Assembly: GCA_039029735.1 (NCBI GenBank)
Contig: JBCCFL010000002.1
Coordinates: 196,521-260,520, forward strand
Source: Actinomycetota bacterium
GTDB lineage: Bacteria > Actinomycetota > Acidimicrobiia > Acidimicrobiales > SZUA-35
DNA: 64,000 bases
Direction: 5' to 3'
Part shown: positions 44,476 through 54,672 of the stretch, piece after piece
Layout of the letters: every line of letters starts with the position of its first letter
Numbering within the stretch: position 1 is the first letter of the stretch
Notes under the pieces: generated by a model
Database searches by the model: none
What the model was told of the DNA's origin: nothing
Seen by the model: only the letters and a program-made list of their open reading frames with translations
Made by a program: the position numbers and the translations under genes

Positions 44476-45777
44476 GTGGCAGCCACCGCAGCCCTCTTCG
44501 CCTTGGCCATCGTCGGCTTCGCCCTGATCTCCGGACGGGTTGGCCGGTGGAACATCACCATGCCGATGGTGTTCGTCGCCCTCGGCGCGGTCACCGACGC
44601 CACGGGCCTGGTCGACCTCGACGTCGAGATCGAGGGCGTGGCGGTGATCGGTGAGATCACGCTGGCGGTGATCTTGTTCGGCGACGCAGTCCGCATCGAT
44701 CTCCGGGCGTTGCGTCGCGACCTGGGGCTCCCGCTGCGGCTGCTCGCCATCGGTCTGCCGCTCGCCGTGGTGCTGGGTGCCGGTGTGGTGTCGGTCTTGT
44801 TGCCGTCGCTGTCGATCTGGGAGGCGGCGCTGGTCGCGGCCATCCTGGCCCCAACCGACGCCGCCCTCGGCCAGGCCGTCGTCGAAGAGGAGTCGGTGCC
44901 AATTCGGGTGCGGCAGGGGCTCAATGTCGAGTCGGGCCTGAACGACGGCCTGGCGGTACCGGCGGTGTTGCTGTTCATGGCCCTCGCCTCGGGTGAGGCC
45001 GAGACCGACCCCGGCTTCTGGGGTGAGTTCGTGCTCCGTCAGGTCGGACTCGGAGCGATCATCGGGCTCGCCGTGGGGGGCATCGGCGGCTGGGCCATCT
45101 CCCGCGCTGGCTCCCGGGGCTGGATCGAAGGGATCTACGGGCAGCTCGCCACCGTGAGCCTGGCCGGGCTGGCGCTCGCCACCGCCTTGACCGCAGGCGC
45201 GAACGGGTTCATCGCCGCCTTCGTTGCCGGTGCCACCTTTGGTGGCGTTGTCGGCTCCGAGAAGGCCGAGTCGCTCGACGAGTACACCGAGGACACCGGC
45301 CGGGCGCTGGCGATGTTCGCCTTCTTCCTGTTCGGCAATCTGTTCGTGCTCGATGCGCTCAGCGCGACCTCTGTGGTGATCATCGCCTGCGCCCTGGCGT
45401 CGCTCACGGTCGGCCGGATCGTGCCCGTGGCCCTCTCGCTGCTCGGCATGGGCGCGGCGTGGCCGACAACGCTCTTCCTCGGCTGGTTCGGGCCCCGAGG
45501 TCTGGCGTCGATCCTGTTCGGCCTGCAGCTCCTCGAGGAGGATCTGGCCGGAGCAGACGAGCTGTTCTCGATCATTGCCTGGACAGTGGTGGCGAGCGTG
45601 TTCCTCCACGGTGCGACCGCCGGTTGGGGAGCCCGGCGCTATGGCCGGTGGTGGGCCGAGATGTCCACCCACGAAGACATGGATGACATGCCCGAGTCGA
45701 TGCCCGTCGCACCCCAGCGCATCCGGTGGCGACGCGGCCCGCTCGGTCCGGCAGTGTCGGCCATCATCGATCGCTGA
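44476..45777 (+). CDS. cation:proton antiporter (CPA1, Na+/H+ exchanger family)
   Basis: It is multi-TM and has LAPTDAALG and ESGLNDG. GTG 44476 is preferred (GGAGGTG 6 nt upstream). The alternative start is 44425. Confidence 0.8.
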   Translation: MAATAALFALAIVGFALISGRVGRWNITMPMVFVALGAVTDATGLVDLDVEIEGVAVIGEITLAVILFGDAVRIDLRALRRDLGLPLRLLAIGLPLAVVLGAGVVSVLLPSLSIWEAALVAAILAPTDAALGQAVVEEESVPIRVRQGLNVESGLNDGLAVPAVLLFMALASGEAETDPGFWGEFVLRQVGLGAIIGLAVGGIGGWAISRAGSRGWIEGIYGQLATVSLAGLALATALTAGANGFIAAFVAGATFGGVVGSEKAESLDEYTEDTGRALAMFAFFLFGNLFVLDALSATSVVIIACALASLTVGRIVPVALSLLGMGAAWPTTLFLGWFGPRGLASILFGLQLLEEDLAGADELFSIIAWTVVASVFLHGATAGWGARRYGRWWAEMSTHEDMDDMPESMPVAPQRIRWRRGPLGPAVSAIIDR

Positions 45778-46688
45778 TGGCCCGCATCGCTGTCATCGGA
45801 CTTGGATCGATCGGCGGAGCGGTGGCCGGGGCGGTGGCCGACGCCATCGAGGCCGGCCACGAGCACGAACTGGTTGGCTGCGCCCGCACGCCACTGAACC
45901 GAGTGGTCGTCACTCGTCCCGACGGGGACCGCGAGCTACCCATGCGGATCATCACCGAACCGCGGGAGTGGATCGGGCCTCCCGCCGACTGGGTGCTGTT
46001 GGCGACCAAGACCTACGACACCGAGGCGGCCGCGCCGTGGCTGAACGTCACGTGTGGCGCCGGCACCACCGTGGCCGTGCTCCAGAATGGCATCACCCAC
46101 CGGGAGCGAGTGGAGCCACTCGTCGGCGGGGCCACCGTGCTGCCCGTGGTGGTGATACTTGCGGCCGAGCGGAGTGCGCCCGGCCGGATCGTGCACAACC
46201 GCCCCGGCATGCTGCTCGTACCCGACGACGACCCCGGCCAGCGCTTCGAGGAGCTGCTCGCACCGTCGGTCGTGGATGTTCGTGTGGTGGAAGACTTCAC
46301 CACGGCGCTGTGGACCAAGCTCGTGATGAACTCGACGATGGGGTCGGTCGCCCTCACCCGGGCCCGCAACACGGTCACCAGTATCGAACCAATGGCCGAT
46401 GCGATCGGGGCCCTGCTGGCCGAGGCAGTGGCCGTGGCCCGGGCCGAAGGTGCGGCCATCGACGACGATCTCGTCACCTCGCTCCGCAGCCAGCTCACCA
46501 GAGGCGCCGATCATCTGTCCTCGTTGGCCGCCGACGTCATCGCTGGTCGGCCCCTCGAATGGCGGGAACGCAACGAGATCATCGGTCGGCTCGGGCGAGA
46601 GCACGGGATCGCCACCCCCCGCCACGACCTGCTCACATCACTGCTCGCGGCGATCGACGAGCACCGAGCTGCGGGAAACGAGTTGTGA
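45777..46688 (+). CDS. 2-dehydropantoate 2-reductase (ketopantoate reductase, ApbA/PanE family)
   Basis: It has MARIAVIGLGSIGG, ALWTKLVMN and SSLAADVIAGRPLE. There is a TGATG overlap with the antiporter stop. Confidence 0.7.
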   Translation: MARIAVIGLGSIGGAVAGAVADAIEAGHEHELVGCARTPLNRVVVTRPDGDRELPMRIITEPREWIGPPADWVLLATKTYDTEAAAPWLNVTCGAGTTVAVLQNGITHRERVEPLVGGATVLPVVVILAAERSAPGRIVHNRPGMLLVPDDDPGQRFEELLAPSVVDVRVVEDFTTALWTKLVMNSTMGSVALTRARNTVTSIEPMADAIGALLAEAVAVARAEGAAIDDDLVTSLRSQLTRGADHLSSLAADVIAGRPLEWRERNEIIGRLGREHGIATPRHDLLTSLLAAIDEHRAAGNEL

Positions 46689-46719
46689 CCCCTGGCGAAC
46701 GCTGGTTGACTACCAGGTG

Positions 46720-46764
46720 ATGAACACGCGTCTCGCCATCATTCTCGTAGAGGTACTTGCGTAG
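46720..46764 (+). CDS. ilvB leader peptide candidate (MNTRLAIILVEVLA)
   Basis: It has 14 codons, 7 of them Ile/Leu/Val (IILVEVL). It lies 165 nt upstream of ilvB and immediately before two hairpins. Its translation start signal is weak or unclear. Confidence 0.55.
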   Translation: MNTRLAIILVEVLA

Positions 46765-46830
46765 CGCACGCTGCTGTTCCTCACCGCGTGCGCTAAGCCT
46801 CCCTCACTGGGAGGCTTTCGTGATTTTCGC
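46763..46830 (+). promoter_or_regulatory. attenuator: hairpin agcgcacg/cgtgcgct (46763-46794), then terminator aagcctccc/gggaggctt (46795-46817) plus tcgtgattttcgc
   Basis: Both stems were read directly. A T-rich tail follows the second stem. Confidence 0.6.
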
Positions 46831-46928
46831 ACCCGTTGCTGATCACGCCAATGCCTTGTCGCCGCACCAACCCGCCCGTCACCAACCGCGATCCCTACCA
46901 CCGATCACCCCACCAGGAGCAACACGCC

Positions 46929-48674
46929 ATGCCGCTCGAACCAGGCACCCGACTCAACGGAGGCCAGGCCCTCATGCAGAGCCTGGAGATGGAAGGCGTG
47001 GAGGTGATCTTCGGCTACCCGGGTGGGGCGATTCTCCCCGTGTACGACCCGCTCATCGACTCGCAGATCCGCCATGTGCTCGTGCGCCACGAGCAGGGCG
47101 CCGGCCACGCCGCCGAGGGCTACGCCCACGCCACGGGCAAGCCCGGCGTGTGCATGGTGACCAGCGGGCCGGCCGCCACCAACGTGGTGACGCCCTTGGC
47201 CGATGCGTACCTCGACTCTGTTCCCATGGTCTGCATCACTGGTCAGGTGGCGATGGCCGCAATCGGCACCGACGCCTTCCAGGAGTGTGACACCACCGGG
47301 ATCACCCGGTCGGTCACGAAGCACAACATGCTCGTGACCGACGCCGCCGACATTCCCCAGGCCATCAAGGAGGCGTTCCACATCGCCACCACCGGTCGGC
47401 CCGGGCCCGTGCTGGTGGACATCCCCAAGAACATCGTCGACGCCAACAATCCCGACGCCTACTTCGACTGGTCGTACCCCGAGACGGTGGACCTCCCCGG
47501 CTACAAACCGGCTCCTGGCCCCGACCCGGCCGCGATCGCCGAGGCGGTGGCCATGATGCGGGCAGCCGAACGCCCCGTGCTCTATGTGGGCGGCGGCGTG
47601 CTCAAGGCTCGTGGCGCCGAGGCGCTGCGCCGGCTCGCGGAGATCGGGAACATCCCGGTCGTCACCACGCTCATGGCCCGGGGCGCCTTCCCCGACAGCC
47701 ACGAGCTCTGCCTCGGCATGCCTGGCATGCACGGCAACTACACCGCAGTCACAGCCATGCAGCAGAGCGATCTGCTGATCGCCATGGGCAGCCGCTTCGA
47801 CGATCGCGTGACCGGCAAGGTTGGCGCCTTCGCCCCCGACGCCAAGATCGTCCACGTTGACATCGACCCTGCTGAGCACGGCAAGGTCCGCCGGCCCGAC
47901 GTGTCGGTGGTGGGCGACTGTCGTCTCGCCATGGAGGCGATGCTGGCCGAGCTCGAGAGCGCTGGCGGCAGCTCGGCGTTCGCGTCACACAGTGCCTGGC
48001 GTCAGCAGCTGTCCGGCTGGCAGGAGAAGTATCCCCTCACCTACGAACAGTCGGCTCCCGGTGAGTACGTCAAGCCGCAGTATGTGCTGGAGCGCCTGCG
48101 CGACCTGTCGCCGAGCGACACGATCGTGGCCTCGGGTGTTGGCCAGCACCAGATGTGGACCAGCCAGTACTGGCAGTTCGATCACCCCTACACCTGGATC
48201 AACTCCGGGGGGCTGGGCACGATGGGCTTCTCCATTCCGGCCGCCATCGGGGCCAAGGCCGGCATGCCCGACCGGATGGTGTGGGCCGTGGACGGCGACG
48301 GCTGTTTCCAGATGACGGCCCAGGAATTGATCACCGCAACGGTGGAGCGCATCCCAATCAAGGTTGCGCTGCTGAACAACGCCTACCTCGGCATGGTGCG
48401 ACAGTGGCAGGAGCTGTTCTACGAGGAGCGCTACTCCGAGGTGTACCTCAGCCACGACATGCCCAACTACGTGCAGTGGGCGCAGTCGATGGGATGCGAG
48501 GCCTTCCGGGTGGAGGAGCCAGAAGAGGTCGACGCCACGATCGCGAAGGCCAACGAGATAAACGACCGACCCGTGGTTGTGGAGTTCCGCTGCATCAGCT
48601 CGGAGAAGGTCTACCCGATGGTCCCCGCCGGCGGCTCCAACGACGACATCCTCGTCGACCCGTCACAGCGCTGA
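46929..48674 (+). CDS. ilvB: acetolactate synthase large subunit
   Basis: It has GYPGGAILPVYD, TSGPAATN and GLGTMGFSIPAAIGAK. It is followed by ilvN and ilvC. AGGAG is upstream of ATG 46929. Confidence 0.92.
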   Translation: MPLEPGTRLNGGQALMQSLEMEGVEVIFGYPGGAILPVYDPLIDSQIRHVLVRHEQGAGHAAEGYAHATGKPGVCMVTSGPAATNVVTPLADAYLDSVPMVCITGQVAMAAIGTDAFQECDTTGITRSVTKHNMLVTDAADIPQAIKEAFHIATTGRPGPVLVDIPKNIVDANNPDAYFDWSYPETVDLPGYKPAPGPDPAAIAEAVAMMRAAERPVLYVGGGVLKARGAEALRRLAEIGNIPVVTTLMARGAFPDSHELCLGMPGMHGNYTAVTAMQQSDLLIAMGSRFDDRVTGKVGAFAPDAKIVHVDIDPAEHGKVRRPDVSVVGDCRLAMEAMLAELESAGGSSAFASHSAWRQQLSGWQEKYPLTYEQSAPGEYVKPQYVLERLRDLSPSDTIVASGVGQHQMWTSQYWQFDHPYTWINSGGLGTMGFSIPAAIGAKAGMPDRMVWAVDGDGCFQMTAQELITATVERIPIKVALLNNAYLGMVRQWQELFYEERYSEVYLSHDMPNYVQWAQSMGCEAFRVEEPEEVDATIAKANEINDRPVVVEFRCISSEKVYPMVPAGGSNDDILVDPSQR

Positions 48675-48687
48675 ACAGGAGAACGCC

Positions 48688-49242
48688 ATGTCTGTCACCC
48701 CCCTTCCCGTTCCCGACGCCGAGCCCGCACGGGCTGACCGCAAACAGACCATCGTGGTGCTCGTCGAGAACCGCTTCGGTCTCCTCGCCCGCGTGGCCGA
48801 TCTCTTCGCCCGCCGCGGGTACAACATCGTGTCGCTCGCGGTCGCCCCCACTGACGACGAGGCGTTCAGCCGCATCACGATCGTGGTCGACGTCGAGCCG
48901 AACCTGCTCGAGCAGGTGGTGCAGCAGCTCTTCAAGCTGATCCATGTGGTGGAGATCGCCGTGCTCGAACGCGACGAAGCCGTCGAGCGTGAGGTGCTGC
49001 TCGCCACCGTGGAGGCGCCTCGCGACATCCGGGGTCAGATCGTGGAGCTGGTCGACATCTTCGAGGGAAAGATCGTGGCCGTCACCAGCGGCGAACTCAC
49101 GGTGAGCCTCGCCGGCACGCCGACCAAGATCGACGACTTCGAGAAGCTGCTCGGCGATTACACGATCGTGGAATTGCAGCGCTCGGGCCGGATCGCCCTC
49201 CCCAAGATCGGGCGAGACGTGCGGCGCCTCCGTGCTGAATGA
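48688..49242 (+). CDS. ilvN: acetolactate synthase small (regulatory) subunit
   Basis: The ACT domain is IVVLVENRFGLLARVADLFARRGYNIVSLAV. AGGAGA is upstream. Confidence 0.9.
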   Translation: MSVTPLPVPDAEPARADRKQTIVVLVENRFGLLARVADLFARRGYNIVSLAVAPTDDEAFSRITIVVDVEPNLLEQVVQQLFKLIHVVEIAVLERDEAVEREVLLATVEAPRDIRGQIVELVDIFEGKIVAVTSGELTVSLAGTPTKIDDFEKLLGDYTIVELQRSGRIALPKIGRDVRRLRAE

Positions 49243-49255
49243 ACCAACGGAATAA

Positions 49256-50326
<1,071 letters not shown>

Positions 50327-50376
50327 CCGCTTGCGCCACCCTGTTGCCGGCCTCGGTTCGGTGCCAAAACGATGAG

Positions 50377-50409
50377 CGGCCCGGCTCGGTGTGTCACCGA
50401 GCCGGGCCG
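50377..50409. terminator. 15-bp perfect hairpin between convergent ilvC and the lectin gene
   Basis: cggcccggctcggtg (50377-50391) pairs with caccgagccgggccg (50395-50409). A T run (cgttttgg) follows on the minus strand. Confidence 0.6.
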
Positions 50410-50480
50410 TACCGCGTCTACGGGCACCGAGGATTGCCCCTACACGCAGATCTGTGTGTCAGTGCGAGTCTCGCGCCGGA

Positions 50481-50948
50481 TCAGTGCATCGCCAAGGGGC
50501 GAAGCTCCTCGGTCTCATAGGCCGGGGCGCCTGCCCGGGTGATCTGCACCGATGCCGAGAACGCTCCCGAGTTGGCGTCGGAGGTTCGGCCCGGCCAGTC
50601 GTTGCAGGCGAAGTACACCACGCCGCTCTGCTGCACGGTGTGCGTCGATCCGTAGCCGACCACGAAGCTCTCGAGGCTCGGCTCGAATGCCCCGGTGTCG
50701 CCGATCCAGCAGACCAGCGAGAACGGGATGTGCTTCTTGAAGATGCAGGCCGACTGAAGGCGGCGGCTCGGATGCGGGCGACCGTCGAGATCGAGCCCGT
50801 CGGGGCCCCAACTCGTGAGGCCGTTCTGGTGCACACGCCCGCTGGCGCTCACGGTCAGCACGTCGCCCTTGCCGACCAGAAGGCTTGAGGTCACCGCGAT
50901 CCGAGCCGCAGGAATCGTGATGGAGGTGGTGATCTGTGAGTCGTGCAT
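50481..50948 (-). CDS. PA-IL/LecA-like lectin family protein
   Basis: GDVLTVSASGRV..WGPDG, LVCWIGDTG and VYFACNDWPGRTSDANSGAFSASVQI parallel P. aeruginosa LecA blocks ([46 protein letters not shown], from memory). There is no signal peptide. The start is ATG 50948. Confidence 0.6.
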   Translation of the reverse strand: MHDSQITTSITIPAARIAVTSSLLVGKGDVLTVSASGRVHQNGLTSWGPDGLDLDGRPHPSRRLQSACIFKKHIPFSLVCWIGDTGAFEPSLESFVVGYGSTHTVQQSGVVYFACNDWPGRTSDANSGAFSASVQITRAGAPAYETEELRPLAMH

Positions 50949-51102
50949 GTCCGCTTCCTGACGTTGGCCGCTTCGGCTGGTGCCGCTGCGTGTTCCCCTT
51001 ACCTGAGGTGAACCTACGCCCGCCCGATACATGGGTCTGCCGATGATTCCGCAGGACTGACGTGACGGATGACTGATCGGTCGGTGGGACGTGAAAACGA
51101 AT

Positions 51103-51131
51103 CGGGCCCCAGCCGCGGTGGCTGGGGCCCG
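51103..51131 (-). terminator. rho-independent terminator for the small ORF
   Basis: A 12-bp stem (cgggccccagcc/ggctggggcccg) has a 5-nt loop. It is followed on the minus strand by attcgttttcac. Confidence 0.65.
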
Positions 51132-51173
51132 ACCTGTGATTGATTGCGGACCGATGAGATCCGGAGGTGCCTC

Positions 51174-51362
51174 TCAGGCGACGAGAACCACGCCGTCGGG
51201 GTCGACGGTTCCCGTCGTTGCGTGCTGGGGGAAGACCCAGGCGGCGGCCAGTCGGCCCGAACCGTCGTGGGCGGTGCGCCACACGAGCGTGCCCCCACGC
51301 TGTGAACGGTCGATGGGGCGGGTGGAGGTCTCGATGGTCTGCGTGCTGGTGGTGTGTTCCAC
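51174..51362 (-). CDS. 62-aa hypothetical protein
   Basis: GTG 51362 is preceded by AAAGGA at 7 nt. The gene has its own terminator. I recognise no family. Confidence 0.35.
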   Translation of the reverse strand: MEHTTSTQTIETSTRPIDRSQRGGTLVWRTAHDGSGRLAAAWVFPQHATTGTVDPDGVVLVA

Positions 51363-51429
51363 GGGTCTGTCCTTTCGTGTGTGGCCGACGGATGGCTCGG
51401 CAGTTAACACGGTATGAACGATCTCCAGA

Positions 51430-51457
51430 CAGTTCTGCCCGAAATTCCGCAGAACTG
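51430..51457. promoter_or_regulatory. 9-bp inverted repeat cagttctgc-N10-gcagaactg upstream of the small ORF
   Basis: It was read directly. It shares a 14-mer with the lectin upstream region. Confidence 0.4.
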
Positions 51458-51613
51458 GCGTGACCGTTGACGCTTTGGTTACCTGTCGTTCATCTTCGCG
51501 CAAGATGAGGGCCGTGTCAGCTCATCGTGTCGACGTTCGACCGGGCGTCGTCGGATCGACGGTGTTGGGGCCCTGAAACTCTTGCCCCGCGCGTGATCTC
51601 GCCGAGGACAGGA

Positions 51614-53197
51614 TCAGGCGGGTTCAGGCGCGAGATCGAGCATCTTGCGGGCCTCGGCCAGCCCGTCGGAGGCACCGAGGGTGTCGGCGTTGTGCACCAT
51701 GGCCAGCTTCGTGCGTCGCCGCAGGAAGTCGTCGAAGCGAACGATCATCTCGTTGCGGGCGTAGAGGGGGAGCTCGGCCTTCAACAGGTCGCTCTCCGCC
51801 AGCACTGGCTCGGCCAGAGACGGATCTTCGTTGACGGCGGCGAGCACCTCGAATGCGTCACGGCCGTGGCGGCGCCACAGCACCGCGGCAAGGCTCGGCT
51901 CGCGCTCGATGTCCGGCGCAGCCGCCAACGGCCCGGCAGCTGCCGCGCTCATGAAGGCCTCCCGCTCGTCACGGGGCGGCTCGCCGTACCAGCCGTCGAC
52001 CGCGCGGCCCACGGTGATGCCGAGGTCGGCCACCGCATCGGCGATCTCCTCGCCGACGTTCAGGCAGTCGGTGAGCTTGCCGCCGAAGATGGTCACCAGC
52101 GAACGGGCCTCGTCCACCTCCACCTCGTGTTTGCGCGAGAGCGTGGTCCAGTCGATATCGGTGCGATCGTCGCCGTCGTTCGTGACGACCAGCGGGCGGA
52201 CGCCGTTGCGCTCCGAGATGATGTCACCCGTGGTGAGAGGTTGATCGAGGTCGAGTCGGGCGTTGATCTGCTCCAGCAGGAACTCGCGGTCCTCGTCGGT
52301 CACCGGCTCGCGGGGATCGTCGGTGCGGGTGTCGGTGGTGCCGATCACGGAGCGGTGCGCCATCGGGATCACGTAGAACAGGCGCTGGGTGTCGTCGAAG
52401 AACGCGAGGATCTTCTCCGACGCGTTGATGCGGGGCACCACGAGGTGGATGCCCTTCGAGAACACGATCCGGTGTTCGGTGGCGGCCCCCCACGAGGCAT
52501 TGAGCCCGTCGACGAACGGGCCGGCCGCGTTCACCACCACCTTGGCCCGCATCGAGAGCGAGCGGCCGCTGGTGGTATCGGTGAGGTCGAGCTCCCAGTG
52601 GTCGGTCTCGCGGCGAGCCTGATCGAGATTCACGTAGTTGACGGCGGTGCCGCCGAGGTCGAGGGCGGAGCGCACGAACCCCCACACGAAACGGGAGTCG
52701 TTGTCCTTCAGGTAGGCATCGGCGTACTCGATCCCGCCCCGGGCGGTCTCAACGTTGACGAGGGGCTCCATCGCCTTGATCCGCTTGGGCCGCAAGAACG
52801 ACGGCGGCTTCGTGGCGAACCGGCCGATACCCCAGTAGGCCAGGCTCCCCAAAGCCGCGAGCCACGGTGGGAACGGCGACGACTTGTCGAGCGTGGCGAG
52901 GAACCGCACCTCGGTGATCCGGCTCGGGTACGCCTTCATCATCCGGTTGCGCGAACCACACAGCCCGAAGACCAGCGGGATCTCATAGTTCTCCAGGTAC
53001 TTGAAGCCGCCCCACACGAGGTTCGACGATTCCTGGCTCGTGGCGCTGGCGAAGTCGCTGCGCTCGACGAGCGCCACCTTCACGCCCCGGCTGGCGAGCG
53101 CCGCTGCCACCACTGCTCCGTTGATGCCGCCACCGACGATGGCCACGTCGAATTCACCGCCGTCGAGGCGGTCCAGGTTCTCGGATCGCAGGCTCAC
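51614..53197 (-). CDS. FAD-dependent glycerol-3-phosphate dehydrogenase-like oxidoreductase
   Basis: It has DVAIVGGGINGAVVAAALASRG over ~527 aa with GlpD-like blocks and a C-terminal alpha-helical domain. Confidence 0.7.
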   Translation of the reverse strand: MSLRSENLDRLDGGEFDVAIVGGGINGAVVAAALASRGVKVALVERSDFASATSQESSNLVWGGFKYLENYEIPLVFGLCGSRNRMMKAYPSRITEVRFLATLDKSSPFPPWLAALGSLAYWGIGRFATKPPSFLRPKRIKAMEPLVNVETARGGIEYADAYLKDNDSRFVWGFVRSALDLGGTAVNYVNLDQARRETDHWELDLTDTTSGRSLSMRAKVVVNAAGPFVDGLNASWGAATEHRIVFSKGIHLVVPRINASEKILAFFDDTQRLFYVIPMAHRSVIGTTDTRTDDPREPVTDEDREFLLEQINARLDLDQPLTTGDIISERNGVRPLVVTNDGDDRTDIDWTTLSRKHEVEVDEARSLVTIFGGKLTDCLNVGEEIADAVADLGITVGRAVDGWYGEPPRDEREAFMSAAAAGPLAAAPDIEREPSLAAVLWRRHGRDAFEVLAAVNEDPSLAEPVLAESDLLKAELPLYARNEMIVRFDDFLRRRTKLAMVHNADTLGASDGLAEARKMLDLAPEPA

Positions 53198-53277
53198 GCG
53201 GTCACGTTACCGGTTCGGGCGGAGCCGTTGGCTGGTCGTGTGTCATCCGCCCAGCTGCGGCCACGGGCCCGCCAGCG

Positions 53278-54183
53278 TCAGTCGCTGGCCCGGTTCTCCA
53301 GCGACTCGGCGAGGGCCAGTGTGCGACGGGCCTGGGTGAAGTGCGGCACGTCGACCATCTGACCCTCGAAGCGGAACGCCATGCGCCCGTTGGCCTGCTG
53401 GAGTTCCAGCTCGGCCAGCAGCGCCCGAGCCCGGTCGATGTCGTCTTCGGAGGGGGTGAACACCTCGTTGATCACGTCGATCTGGCTCGGGTGGATGCTG
53501 ATCTTGCCGGTGAAGCCGATCCAGGCGGCGTCGAGACAGTCCTGGCGGAGGCCATCGGGATCGGTCACGTCCACGAACACGGTGTCGAGCGGCTGCACGC
53601 CGGCGGCGGCCGCCGAGATCATGCAGGCAGTGCGGGCCTGCTCGAACAGTGGGAGGTACGCCCCGTCGGGGCCACGGTTGCGGCGGGCCCCGATCGCGGC
53701 CGACAGGTCCTCGGCCCCCCAGGTCAGGGCATCGATCCGGTCCACGCAGGGGATGGCGTCGATGTTCTGGAATCCCCTCGGCGTCTCGGTGCCGAGCACC
53801 ACCAGCTTCACCGAACCGGGTTCGTGGCCGTGCAGGCCCTCCAGCTCGGTAACCACCCGATCGACGAGGCGCACATCATCGGGCCCGTGCACCTTGGGGA
53901 TCATGTAGGAGTCAGGGGGATCGACCATGGTCGCTTCGAGATCGGCCCGGAACCACGGGGTGTCGATCGGGTTGATGCGCACCATCCGCTCCTTGGCCCC
54001 GAACGGCACGACCTTCAGCCACTCGGAGATCACGGCGCGGGCCGAGTCCTTCTGCTCGGGGGTGACGGCGTCCTCGAGATCGAGGATCAGGGCGTCGGCC
54101 TCGGTGCCGAGGGCCTTGGTGAACATCTTCTCGTTGGCGCCGGGCACGAAGTGTGCGGCCCGTCGTACCGTCATCCCGCTCAT
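53278..54183 (-). CDS. HpcH/HpaI aldolase / citrate lyase beta (CitE)-like acyl-CoA lyase
   Basis: It has FVPGANEKMF, ALILDLEDAV and LTWGAEDLSA. Confidence 0.8.
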   Translation of the reverse strand: MSGMTVRRAAHFVPGANEKMFTKALGTEADALILDLEDAVTPEQKDSARAVISEWLKVVPFGAKERMVRINPIDTPWFRADLEATMVDPPDSYMIPKVHGPDDVRLVDRVVTELEGLHGHEPGSVKLVVLGTETPRGFQNIDAIPCVDRIDALTWGAEDLSAAIGARRNRGPDGAYLPLFEQARTACMISAAAAGVQPLDTVFVDVTDPDGLRQDCLDAAWIGFTGKISIHPSQIDVINEVFTPSEDDIDRARALLAELELQQANGRMAFRFEGQMVDVPHFTQARRTLALAESLENRASD

Positions 54184-54198
54184 TGGGTCTCCTCGGTC

Positions 54199-54672
54199 TC
54201 AGGCCCCGGCATCGTCGTCGAGCGACGACCGCTTGATCATCATCCCTTTTCGCACGCACGTGCACACCAGCTCGCCCCGCTGGTTGTGCCCCTCGTGCTG
54301 GAAGGTGACGATGCCCCACTGGGGCCGGCTCTTCGACTCGCGCTTGTCGACCACCACCGTCGACGAGCGGATCGTGTCGCCGAGGAACACCGGGTTGGGG
54401 AAACGGGTCTCGTCGAAGCCGAGGTTGCCGACGGTGGTGCCGAGCGTGGTGTCGCCGACCGACAGGCCGATCACCGTCGCCAGGGTGAACAGCGAGTTCA
54501 CGAGGATCTTCCCGAACTGCGACTCGGCCGCGAACTCGGCGTCGAGGTGCAGCGGCTGCGGATTCATCGACAGCGTGGTGAACAACAGATTGTCGGTCTC
54601 GGTCACGGTGCGGCCGGGCTCATGCTCGTAGCGCTTCCCGATCTCGAACTCTTCGAAGTACATGCCACTCAC
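54199..54672 (-). CDS. MaoC-like (R)-hydratase/dehydratase
   Basis: It has a hot-dog fold size, with FTTLSMNPQPLHLD and VNSLFTLA. Confidence 0.75.
   Translation of the reverse strand: MSGMYFEEFEIGKRYEHEPGRTVTETDNLLFTTLSMNPQPLHLDAEFAAESQFGKILVNSLFTLATVIGLSVGDTTLGTTVGNLGFDETRFPNPVFLGDTIRSSTVVVDKRESKSRPQWGIVTFQHEGHNQRGELVCTCVRKGMMIKRSSLDDDAGA

Noticed and set aside
44401-45672. A 423-aa minus-strand ORF
   Set aside because: It is antisense to the multi-TM cation:proton antiporter. It is extremely Arg/Glu/Gly/His-rich with no hydrophobic core.
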